From: Fimicolochytrium jonesii
Taxonomy: Eukaryota
NCBI RefSeq assembly: GCF_025526975.1
Contig: NW_026515673.1
Coordinates: 992,001-1,056,000, forward strand
DNA length: 64,000 nt
Direction of reading: 5' to 3'
Shown: in pieces, positions 48,901-59,620 of the stretch
Numbering within the stretch: position 1 is the first letter of the stretch
How the letters are laid out: every line of letters starts with the position of its first letter
The notes under the pieces: model-generated
What the model saw: only the letters and a program-made list of their open reading frames with translations
Told to the model about the DNA's origin: nothing
Databases searched by the model: none
Made by a program: the position numbers and the translations under genes

Positions 48901-51900
48901 GTACCTCGAGACCCGATCCATCACCGCTGCATTGCATTGCACCTGGCGCCCGAGTGACATCAAAGGCCCGCAAAAGGTCAAATGCAACGTCAATGGCCGG
49001 TGGGTCCAAGCTGCCGCGATGCGCTTGAATGTACCCCCGGCCGACGAAGCTACTTTTGCGCTTGCGGCGGGAAAACTGGAAGTTGACAGCGAGGCGTGTG
49101 ATAATACCGCGGTCATGCTTCTCAAGTGTAGTGTGCCCTTGACGTACGCGGACTCCATTTGGCCCGTGGGCGAGTGGACCGACATCGAGCTGCAGCATAA
49201 GGGCAAGACCACTTTCGGAACCCTTGCGTGGATCACCGAGCGATTGCCTCCACTTACCGCGCTCGAGGAGTGGATGACTGTTGGCAAGGTATCTGCCGAA
49301 GACAGGTGTCAGCGCTGTGCTCCGACTGCCCCTGCTTTGCGATGGCTCCTGAACGGAAACAAGGCGACACCCGTGGAAGACCCTATCCAAGCCGGACCCT
49401 ACGAACAAGCCCTCAAGCACCGTCCGCAGCCTTTCGTCGCCCAACTCAAATGCGAGGGTGATGTCGGCATGATGCGTGTCGGCGCCAATATCGCCACTTT
49501 ACTCCATCGCGCCCATGCGACACTAACCTCCGGCAACACGTTCGGCGTCAAGCGCACCGAGCCTATCACTTTGTCATGGCGACTCACCACCGAGTACTCG
49601 GTCCTCGACCAGCCGCGATTCGTTTTGAGCAGCAACCGCGCCGACTCGTCTAGCCCGCAGCCCCCGCACTTTACAAGGTACCCGCTGCGACCGGAACAGC
49701 TCCGCTCCTTGAGCTGGATGCTTGCCCAGGAGAAGAAGGATGTTGAACCGTTCTATGAAGAGGAGATTGAGGAGTCGGTTTTGGAGCCTCTGAGGTGGAG
49801 GGTCGCCGCGAAAGCTGAACGGCCTGTGCGCATCCGGGGTGGTGTCTTGGCCGATGAGGTCGGTTATGGAAAGACCGCCATCACTCTGGGTCTCATTGAC
49901 GCCTCGTGGGAAGCGGAGATGAAAGCCGCGGGAGTTTCTCAACGTCAGTCCGTCAAGCTACCCGAAGTCTCGGGCGCGATCCCGATCCGAGCGACCCTGA
50001 TCGTCGTCCCGCCCCATTTATCCAAGCAATGGCCGTCGGAGATCCGCAAATTCACCGACAGCTCCTTCAAAGTCATCGCCATCGAGAACCTCGCGAGGAT
50101 GAACAAGCTCACCATCGCCGAGTTCCAGAGCGCCGATATCATCGTCGTTGCATCCCGTATGCTCAACTCGCAGCAGTACTGGGAGCGGCTTGCGGCGTTG
50201 GCTGGGGACGGCCCCTTACCCGTTCAAGCGGGCCGTCGGTTCAATGTGAGGTACGAGAGCGCGCTCGAGGGTCTCAAAGCGCAGACGGATCGGTTGAAGA
50301 AAGGCGACGTCGACGGCGTGCGGGCTGTGGTTGACGCCAACCGGAACCGCGACGATGACACGGTTCTGGAAGTCTCGAGCAGGAAATCGGGCAAGGAGTT
50401 GATGGCGCTGTTGCCGCCGTCTGTGGAAGCCGCGCTGATCCGGGGAAGGAAGAATAGGCTTGCTATGATGGCTAATAAGGGGAAGGGCAAGTCGGCCTCC
50501 AAAAAGAGGCAGGCGACACTTGATTTTGATGAGATTGAGGAGGATGAGGTGGAAGATGTAGTTGAAGAGGAGGTTGAGGAGGATGTGGATGAGGATGAGC
50601 AGGAGGATGAGGAGAACCAGGAAGTTCTTCCTGCGCGTGTGCGCACCCCGCGCGCCGCCGCGGGGAGCAAGAAGCGCGCGATGGTCGTTGACGATGAAGA
50701 GGATGAAATGGAGCCGGAGAATGAGGATGATGATGATGATGAGTTTGTACCACCGACCGCTGTTATCGAAGTCGCTGACGAGGACGCCGAGCAGGAAGAC
50801 GACGACGACGACAACGAGTCAGAAGACGTGCAAGACGAGAACACGTTTGAAGTCGAGTGCTTTCTCCAAGAAGACGTACCCGCCGACGGATCCGAGACCA
50901 GATACCTCGTCAAGTGGAAGGGGTACCCCAAGAGCCAGGCTACGTGGGAGCCGTATGAGGGCGTGAAGCATTTGACGGATGTCATGGAGGCGTGGGAAAG
51001 GAGGGGTGAACCGAAGGCCAAGAAGCACAAGGCGGCGGATATTTTTACGCAGAAGAAGACTGCGGCTAAGGCGAAGGTTGTGACCAAGGAGAACGCGGAG
51101 CCCAAGGTGAAAGATACGCCGAAAGCGAAGGCTGCGACAAATGCGAAGGTAACGCCGAAAACCAAGCCTGAGGCCAAGAAGGTTGCGGTCGAGGAGGACG
51201 AAGTAGATGAGTTCGAACCCAAGGCCAAACGCGCCCCAGCAAAACCCAAAACCATTAAGCCGAGCGAGGTCGACCCCTGGCACCTTCGCGACAATGCCGT
51301 CAAGCGCGACTGGAGGAAGATGGCCTGTCCGGCCTTGGAGATGTTCCACTTCGACCGTGTCGTGATTGACGAGTACACCTACCTCGAAAACAAGATCTAC
51401 GCTTCGGTCACCCACCTCAGGTCGTCTAAGCGGTGGATCCTCTCCGGTACACCGCCGCTGGGCGATTTCAACGATATCAAGAGCATCGCCAACTTCCTTG
51501 GCGTGCATCTCGGCGCGGACGACACTCTCACGTCCAAGAGGGGCCAGAACGCCAACCAATCCACCGCGGCTGAGCGGTTCCTCTCGTTCCGTGAAGTCCA
51601 CACCCCTGCGTGGCATTCGCGCCGACACCAGCTTGGTCAACTGTTTTTGGACAAGTTTGTGCGTCAGAACCTAGCGGAGATCGACGAGATTCCCGCGGAG
51701 GAGCACTTGATCAATATCCAGCTTCCTGCTGCCGAACGCGCTATCTATCTTGAGCTCGAGCATCACTTGCAAGCCATGGAGATGGACAACAAGAAGACGC
51801 TCAAGACGAACGGTGACAGGGAGAGACGGTTGCGTGAGGCCATGGGGTCTTCCAAGACGGCTGAGGAGGCGCTTTTGAAGCGGTGCTCGCATTTTGATTT

Positions 51901-53452
51901 GAGAGTTGAGGGGAATGAAGAGGAGGGCCCCGTTGTCGCGAAAGAGAGCGATAGCGCCGACGAAGCAAATGGGGAGGACGACGACGACGATTACGCCGTG
52001 GAGGCGGATGCGGACGACGAACCCGTGGTCGCCAAGAAAGGCCCGAAGAGCGCCAAAGGCAAGAAGGCATCCATGACGCTGGTCAAGGCGGCCGGGAACG
52101 CGCGCGAGGCCTGCGAGATCATTGTCAAGGAGCGCGAGAAGCAATTGGCAGATTGCACGGCCAGCCTTCAGAGGCTCGTGGTCAACGCCAACGAGATGCA
52201 CAATACTCTCAGAGTCCGCGGCGGATTCTGGGATGGGCGTACGGCGGATTTCCAGCCAAGGAAAGACCCGCTGCATGAGTGGCAGCAACATTGGCTCAAC
52301 GGAACCGATGTCGGCGATGTCGATGCGGTCGACATGTTGCACGACATCTTGAAGCTGACTGGCACCGTGATTGAAGGGCCCCAGGAGGCGGACCTGGTCC
52401 GCAAGAGAGCGGGCAAGAATGGCAATCCGAAGGGCAAGGGAAAGCCGAAAAAGAAGACGGAGGTCGTGAACGGGGAAGTGGTCGAACTGAAGGAAAAGTC
52501 CGAGGAAGAGACACTTTTTGACCTATATTGGGATTTACGTGAGGTGGTGCATAAGCTGCGTCGACTCGTCAAGGAGCTCGTGGGACGGGTCCGCTCGTTA
52601 AGATACTTCAAGCTCGTGAGGGACCTTCAGAAGACGAGGAAAAACGGGAAGGATGGGGATGCTACACCACGATACTGCCATGGGGAAAATTGCCTGGGAG
52701 CCAATGGCGTTAAGCCGATGGAGACGGAGGGGAAAATCCCACTAGACAAGTTGGCCGTGCTTTCGTGCTGTGGACACGTAGGCTGCGAACCCTGTCTCCG
52801 CCACCACGCGGGCAAGCAGGAGTGCCCCGTGGCAGGCTGCGAAGTACCTGTCCGTCTCAGCAATGTCGTTCTGGCCAAGACCATTGGGCACGAGAAGGAG
52901 GATGAGGAGCTCACGCCTTTCGGAAAGAAGCTTTCGGAGCTAGTCAAGCTCATCAACGGGTTCCCGGAGGACGACCGTGTACTGGTGTTCATCCAATTTG
53001 ACGACCTGATGGGCCGTGTCGGTGAGGCCCTCGACGCTGCGGGCATCGGAAACCTCAAACTGCAAGGCACCACTGCCCAGACGAGTTCGGCATTGGAAGC
53101 CTTCCAACAAGACGACTCCACCGACCCCTTCCCACCCCCCACCGGCAAAAAGCGCACCTCATCCGCCATGGAAGCCAAGAACAACAAACACACCGAAAAG
53201 CCCCGCGTCCTCCTCCTCAACGTCATGAACGAGTCCGCGTCCGGCGCCAACCTGACCATCGCCAACCACGCCATCTTCCTCTCCCCGCTCTTGACCGAGT
53301 CGCAGCAGGAATACACTGCGTGCGAGACGCAGGCGATTGGACGTGTGCGGCGGTATGGGCAGGAGAAGTGTGTCCACATCTGGCGGTTCTTGACGGAGAA
53401 TACTATGGATACCCAGATCTTTGAGGAAAGGGAGCGGACTGTCTTGCGTTGA
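45961..53452 (+). CDS. DNMT5: DNMT5-family C5-cytosine DNA methyltransferase fused to SNF2 ATPase and RING-like finger, with an internal chromodomain (exons 45961-46039, 46111-46876, 46964-47571, 47643-53452)
   Basis: MTase motifs RVATMCSG, FSCEIEPFK, DLLVAGTSCVD (catalytic Cys 46689), VILENV, PHTRQRGY, LAGNAM; SNF2 motifs GGVLADEVGYGKT, RVVIDEYT, WILSGTPP, RVLVFIQF, SGANLT, QAIGRVRRYGQ; CCGHVGCEPC...CPVAGC finger. Three GT-AG introns keep phase. Confidence 0.95.
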
Positions 53453-53750
53453 TGACGCGCTTTTAGTTCCTCCGAGAGTACTGGGCCGCGGGCGGCGCCG
53501 CTGGGTACATTTAATGTTGGTCGATGTCGAGCGGATGAGATGAGATCAAGCGTTAGCAGAATGGAGTGGGATTCGGTATGTCTTGTAGCAGTATAGCGAA
53601 TTTTAGTTAGCCGCTTTATGGATCAAGAAAAAAAAGGGTTGAACATAGTGGAATTGAAGAGGCTTATGTTTTGGTTTATTATTGTACCAAGTATCTGTAT
53701 ATATATATATTGATATATGTCCAATGCAATGCTATCGCTACTGCACGACA

Positions 53751-55142
53751 TCACAGCGTGTACAGCACAGCGAACCCAACCAGAATCCCAAAAAATTCAC
53801 ATCGGAAGCTCCTCCCCGCACCGCTGGCCACCGATCGACCCCAGTCACCATCGGAAGGTTGCTGAACATCCGGCGCCGTCTGCGGGATCGTAAACCTATC
53901 ACCAGAAACGACCTCCGCAATTGCCTGCAGATTCCCCGACGTCGACGCCGCAGTCAACGTCGCATCCCCACCACCACCAATCTTCCCACCCGCAGCCTTC
54001 TGATCCGCCTGTGACGGCGTGATCCCGCTGCCCAACTTCAGCGTCCCGGCCTCCGTTTTGAAAGCCACGCTACCGAACGATGTCTTGTCGAGCCCAAACC
54101 ACCCATTCCCGCTGTTCGTCTCCACCTTCACCGTCGCTGCCCCCGAGGCGGTCAGCCCGGCGAGGACGATGTCACCGCTGGTTGTCTTGACGTCCAGCGT
54201 GGTCGCGGTTTTGCCCAGGGACACGTACAACGCCGTGATGGACCCGGATTGGGCGGAGAGCCGAGCTTGGGATGCGATGCTGGCGTTTGCGAAGCGTGCG
54301 TTTCCGGAGGTTGTGGAAGAGACGAGGGTAGCGGCGGATACACCTGATTTGAGGGATACGTCGCCCGATGTTGTTTTGATTTGCAGGTCTTTATTGACGG
54401 TGAGCGCGGCGGTGGAGTACACACCCCCCGACGTCGAGGATACGGACAGACTGTCGAGGCTCGCGGGCGTGGCGGGGAGGTAGATGGTGCTGATCGATGT
54501 GTCGATCGTGATCGGTGGGAGGATGGTGGTGGAGGCGGGGAAGGTGATGGAGATGAGGGATTTGATGCAATCCCCTTGGTTGATGACGGGCGGTTGTTGG
54601 ACTTTTGCGGTGATGGTGTTGGAGGTTTCATCGATGCTTGTGGTGAATTGGGAGAGGAGGGCGGCGGGGCCGTCGATTTGGATGGTTACTACGACGTCTG
54701 GGCCTAGATGGTATGTGTGGGTTAAAAAGCGATGAATGGACACTCGCGACGAGGATGTTTGGGCGAGGTGTTCCAAAATCGCTCGCAGCAGCACTGAGGT
54801 TCCCTCTCCCCTGCTGACATCCCCCAAATGCTCGCTTCGGTCGCCGGAGAGCACGAATGCTCGTCTAGCCATCGGTCGCAGACTCCACCTCCTTCGCTTC
54901 CTTCACTTACCAGTGCCATCATTGAACACCCTCACAGCCTGACTTTCAGCCGTAATCGGCGCATTCCACTTTGTCCCGCCCTGCGCGGGAACCTCCAGCA
55001 GCGAGACGGCCGACAACCCAGCGAGCGGGAACGACTTTGTCAAGGGCGTGCCGGGCGCCGCCGTGCATTGGGCATGGACGCCGATGGAGGATACGCTGAG
55101 AGCGAAGAGGGTCGCGAGGGTGGCGAGGGTGGGGTTGACCAT
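53751..55142 (-). CDS. Secreted, probably GPI-anchored DUF4097/putative-adhesin beta-repeat protein; intron 54704-54910
   Basis: Signal MVNPTLATLATLFALSVSSIGVHA; repeated TTSGDV/TTSGNA/AQSGSI/TNSGN strands; hydrophobic C-terminus FFGILVGFAVLYTL after small residues. Confidence 0.8.
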
Positions 55143-56357
55143 TTTTGGGACTGTTTGTGGGTTCGGGTAAAGGCTTTGGGCGGTTGTAGTTGGAGAGACG
55201 CCCGAAAGATACCATCCTTCTTATACATCGCAGTTAGTGTTCGCATGTTCGCCAAGCATTGCCAAGAATGTAGTAGTGGGCGCTGGTTCTGACCACTGCT
55301 GGGCGTTCGCCCACTCACTGCACATGCAACCCCATCCTAGAACCACCGTACGGCGTAGGACTCAGCCCGGGCCAAAGCCGGCATATCATACCCTGCGCTG
55401 CCCAGCCTGAGCGGAAGACAGCCCTGCGCAGCGAACCCTGCAGGAACTGCTGAAGAGCCTTCCGACGAAAAAAAAACTTCGCGTTCGCAGCCCGATTGCG
55501 CGGATAATTCTGCAAGCCCTTGTGGAACCTCACCGCCGCTTACATTCCCCTTCCGGACCGCCCTCTCTTTACCGCAAACAAGAGTCCTGCGGAAGTTCGG
55601 AAACTTGCAGTGAACGTCTGTTCCGTCATCACGACCGGACTCTGTGTAAAAGCCGCAATGCTCGAGGCGTGCCGTACGCGAGCTTCACCTGGGATGCGCT
55701 TCCACCTGGGTGCCGCGTGCACCCACAGTTTCAATCTCTACTGTAACGATATGCCTGTTGATTATTTCGATTATTTCAATTCGCCTCCGCAGGTCACTGA
55801 GCCATTTCTATCGTTGCCGCACTATCGGTGACTGTTACCGTTGTGAATTACATCTATTTTTCAGTTTTAGCTCGCGAAGTAACTTATTATCCGTATATAT
55901 AATAATATGATATAGATCGTACAAAAGATGTTGAGGAATATATGGAACTGCTGGGATGAGCAATAGTGATATCTTGCAACGATCCAGGCTATCTGGCGTT
56001 CCCAATATTGATCAAAGCGGTGAGAAAGCGGCGCGGCCTCCTTCCTGCACACGCGAACAACACGCTCTCAGAGTCCTCTACACACGGAAAGCTACTGCGT
56101 CGTTTGGACCCAAAGTACTGTACGAGCCGACTGCAGCCACAGACATCATTACCCCCTCGGAAAATCCCTCGGATCTGACCGCCTTGCCTCGCTTCTGCTT
56201 AACACCTCCCCACTATATACAAAATGTTACAGCGCGACCAAAAAAAAAGCAAAAGGGGGGTAATCAAACTACAGATCCTCTCAAAAAGCCCCGCTGCCTC
56301 TCTTCCGCGCCGAAACTCTGGTATATACATTCCCCCATTCAGATATCTATGTGCTCG

Positions 56358-58805
56358 TCATCCCGCCTCCGCGTTGGGCGTCGCTGCGAACGCGCGCTGC
56401 TCTTTGGGTGGTTGCGAGAGCGTGCGGGTGGGTGATACCGGACTGTGGCTGCCGTTCGTGGGGAGGTCTGGGGTGCGGCGGGTGGTGGGCGATGCGCGAC
56501 TGTGGCTGCTGTCGTTGACGCGGGTGGGCGACGGCTGGGAGAGCGGGTCGGTTGGCCGTTGTGACGGTGGAGGTGTCTGGGGAGGCGGTGGTGGGGGTTC
56601 TGAACATTCTGCCGATTCCGACGATTCGGAGAATAACGACGATGATGATGATGATGATAACGATGGCGATGAGGGAGTATCTTCTGGCGGCAACGGCAAG
56701 GCAGGGTCCAGGATCGCTGAGGCGGCGATGGCTTCATCGAACGGCGGGGGCGGGGAGTCCGGTATCGAACCCAGATCGTTCCCATGTTCTGAGCAATCGT
56801 CACTCGAATCCGACGTATCCGTATCAGCATCTACCCCGTCATCATCCCCGCCCGCATCCGCAGACTCGGCGGCAGGAGCAGGCGGGTGTGACAAGCCCGG
56901 GGTCGATTCGTGTATCGTGAGTTCGGAGGGAAGGACGTCGGGGGTGGCAGAATAGGGTGCGTCCTCATCCTCACCGGTCGAATGCTCATCATCCCCCCCT
57001 TCGTCAAACTCCCCATCCGCCCCGTCAGCCCTCAACATCGCCCTGATAGCCCTCACCGTCTCCTCACTCAACCCCTCCACCATCTCCGCCACACTCTCCC
57101 TCTCCCTATACTCCGGCACCCACAACTCGACCCCCACAACCTTCTCATAATCCAACACCGGCACAATCTCCGGATCCTCATCCACCACCCGCCCGCACTC
57201 CTCCCTCCCAACCGACGCAAGCACACACCCAGACTCCATGACCAGTTTATCGGCGCCGTAGAAATCGATACTGACTTGTAGGGAGTGGCGGGTTTCGATG
57301 TGGGCGGGTGGGGGCAGGTTGTGGGGCGGGATGGGGGTTGGAGGGAGCGGTTTGGCGGTGGTGGGGGCGAACCCGCCGGTGGAAGGGATGTGGAGCATTG
57401 TTTCGGATTCGGCGGAGAGGCCGTCGCCGCCGCGGCAGATGAAGCCGGGGCGGGGGAGGGGGTGTTTTTCGGGGTGGCGGGGTGGGGACGGTTGGGGGTG
57501 GAGTTGGGTTGAATCCGAAGTGGAGGAGGAGGAAGGGGGGATACGCAGCGGGCGGGTGCGTGGACTGTGACGTGGGGATGATCTGAAATCGGAGAGCTCG
57601 TACTCGCTCTCGGTGGATTCGGGGACCGATTCGGATTGTTCCCAGCGGAGGAGTTCGGACATTCCTTTTACCCGCGTGCCGACGCGTTCGATGGGATTGT
57701 AGGGGTCGTCGGGAAGACCCTGACAGCGTTGTTCGCCGATGACGTGGTGTTCGCGAAGGGATAAGCAGACTCGTTTCAGACGGACGCCCTTTCGAGCGGA
57801 TTCGGGGGCTACGACGATGCGGTAGGCGAAGCGGAGGGAGTCGCCGGGGCCCATGGCGATGGCGCCGACTTCGACGTCGTATTCGACGGGGACGGCGCCG
57901 GGGGCGGATCTCCAGCGGCGGATGTCGGGGTGTAGGAGGGTGGGGAGTAGCCGTGGATCGTAGACACAGAAGGGGTTGAGGGAGGCGGTTGCTGTGCGGA
58001 CGGTGGGGGAGAGGGCGAAAAGGCCGAGGGCGACGGAGGGAACTTCTGTCAGCTTTGCGATAACTTCGTAGGAGATTTTGCCCGTGTATGAGTTGATGGT
58101 GGATGCTTGGCGGCCCATGCAGGCCATGGACGGCGGCAGTAAATGAGGTGATGGGTTCGTTCCCGGCGGCGGTGGCGGCAGCGAGTCTGGGTCTGGGTCC
58201 GGCGGAAACGGGATCTCAAACGGGATATCTAGCACGCTCCCAGGCGGCACAGTCTCCACTTCCGTCAGCAGCGAGACCTACGAGAGACACAGGATGAGTA
58301 CGTTGAGTCGACATCAAGCATCGAAAGTCAACGATCACCCATCAACCATCAACCCGTCAACCATCCCTAAAGACGAGGAGGTTGGCCGATGTTGGGCAGG
58401 AGCGTAGCTCGCTGAGGCTCTCTGAGTGCCTTATTTAGGGTAAGCATTGCACCTTTGGCGCAATATAGGCTCGCTCCGCTCGCGCTTCGATGTCGCTCGC
58501 TTTGGGCACGCTTCGCTCTGAATCGCTCCGCTTTGGCTCATTACCTGCTTATGCAAAAGGACATTCTCCCTGGTCACCGTATCCAACCCCTCCGCCACAT
58601 CCGTGTACGCGGTGGTGGCCTTCCCACTCAACACGACCTCCAGCTGTTGAATCCTCAACGGTTTCGCGGCGGTGCCCAGACGTATCGCCGCGGGCTCGTG
58701 GGCTATGCGGACAAACCCACGGACGCAGCACTGCTCGATGCCGTAGCGGCCTTGCAGGAGGGACGAGAAGCCTGGCAGCGGCAGAAGGGAGACATTTGTG
58801 GGCAT
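56358..58805 (-). CDS. Arrestin-like adaptor with acidic/Pro-rich tail; intron 58278-58544
   Basis: VRGFVRI...PLRIQQLEVVLSGKATT; DIPFEIPF...LPPS...GKISYEVIAKL; IETRHSLQVSI follow the alpha-arrestin N/C-domain pattern. Confidence 0.7.
58407..58535 (-). repeat. Intronic repeat element, copy B
   Basis: Minus strand GCGAGCGGAGCGAGCCTATATTGCGCCAAAG...CCTCAGCGAGC, homologous to 44552-44618. Confidence 0.8.
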
Positions 58806-59620
58806 GTAAAATGGACGAGGAGGGGGGAGGTGTGCTGGTTGTGCGCCTTTTTTGTTCCCCGAGTTTCGACTGCGAATGCCCCCTCGTTCTTGCGGGCGAT
58901 TGTGCGAACGTCCTGAGAAGGTCAGCTGCGACGTCGGGCTGATATCGGGAGAGAGAGAGAGTATGTGGGTATGGGGACAGCCTGCGGATAGGGTGGGGGT
59001 GTGGGAGCAGGGTGCGAGGGCTGTCACACTTGGCTCTTTCCGTGACGTGTTGCCTCTTGCGCTCTTTCGCTCTTCGCAGTGGGCCCGACTTCTAATCCCA
59101 AGCAATAGGCAGAGTCGTCGGAGCAAACAAACCCCCCCGGCGGACGACCTGGCTGCAGCGGACACTGGGTTCCGGTTGCGTGTATCTGCAATGTCCTGTA
59201 GTGTTTTGGTATGGCTCGTCTTGACGGATCCTGGAGGCGCCAAACAGACGAGTAATGGGACGGGTCGCCAGAGACCAGACCGGAGACGGCAGGCCAATCG
59301 TCCATCCAGCTTTTGCTTATCAACAGGTCGTGATCCGAGCACATCCTGCAAGCATTTTACGCTGAACCCTGCTGCAGTTTACATCACGCCCTCGACACAC
59401 CAAATGTCCAGCCGGTCTCACCAGAACTAAGATATAATCGCATTGGCATTGCATTCTTTTCGAAAATCTCATAGCGATACATTTCCAAATTCCCGTGGTC
59501 CAACTCCCCCCCCTCCATCTCGTTCCCTAAACCGCATCCCCCGAAAACCGCCAAATCGCATCCCCATTCTACCCCCCCATTCTAACCCCCGAATAACATC
59601 CTCCCGAATTGCCTCAAACC

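Noticed and set aside
50846..50995. Chromodomain as part of an inserted chromoviral retrotransposon
   Set aside because: No integrase, RT, LTR or frame disruption nearby; it is in frame within DNMT5. An ancient origin from such an element is not excluded.
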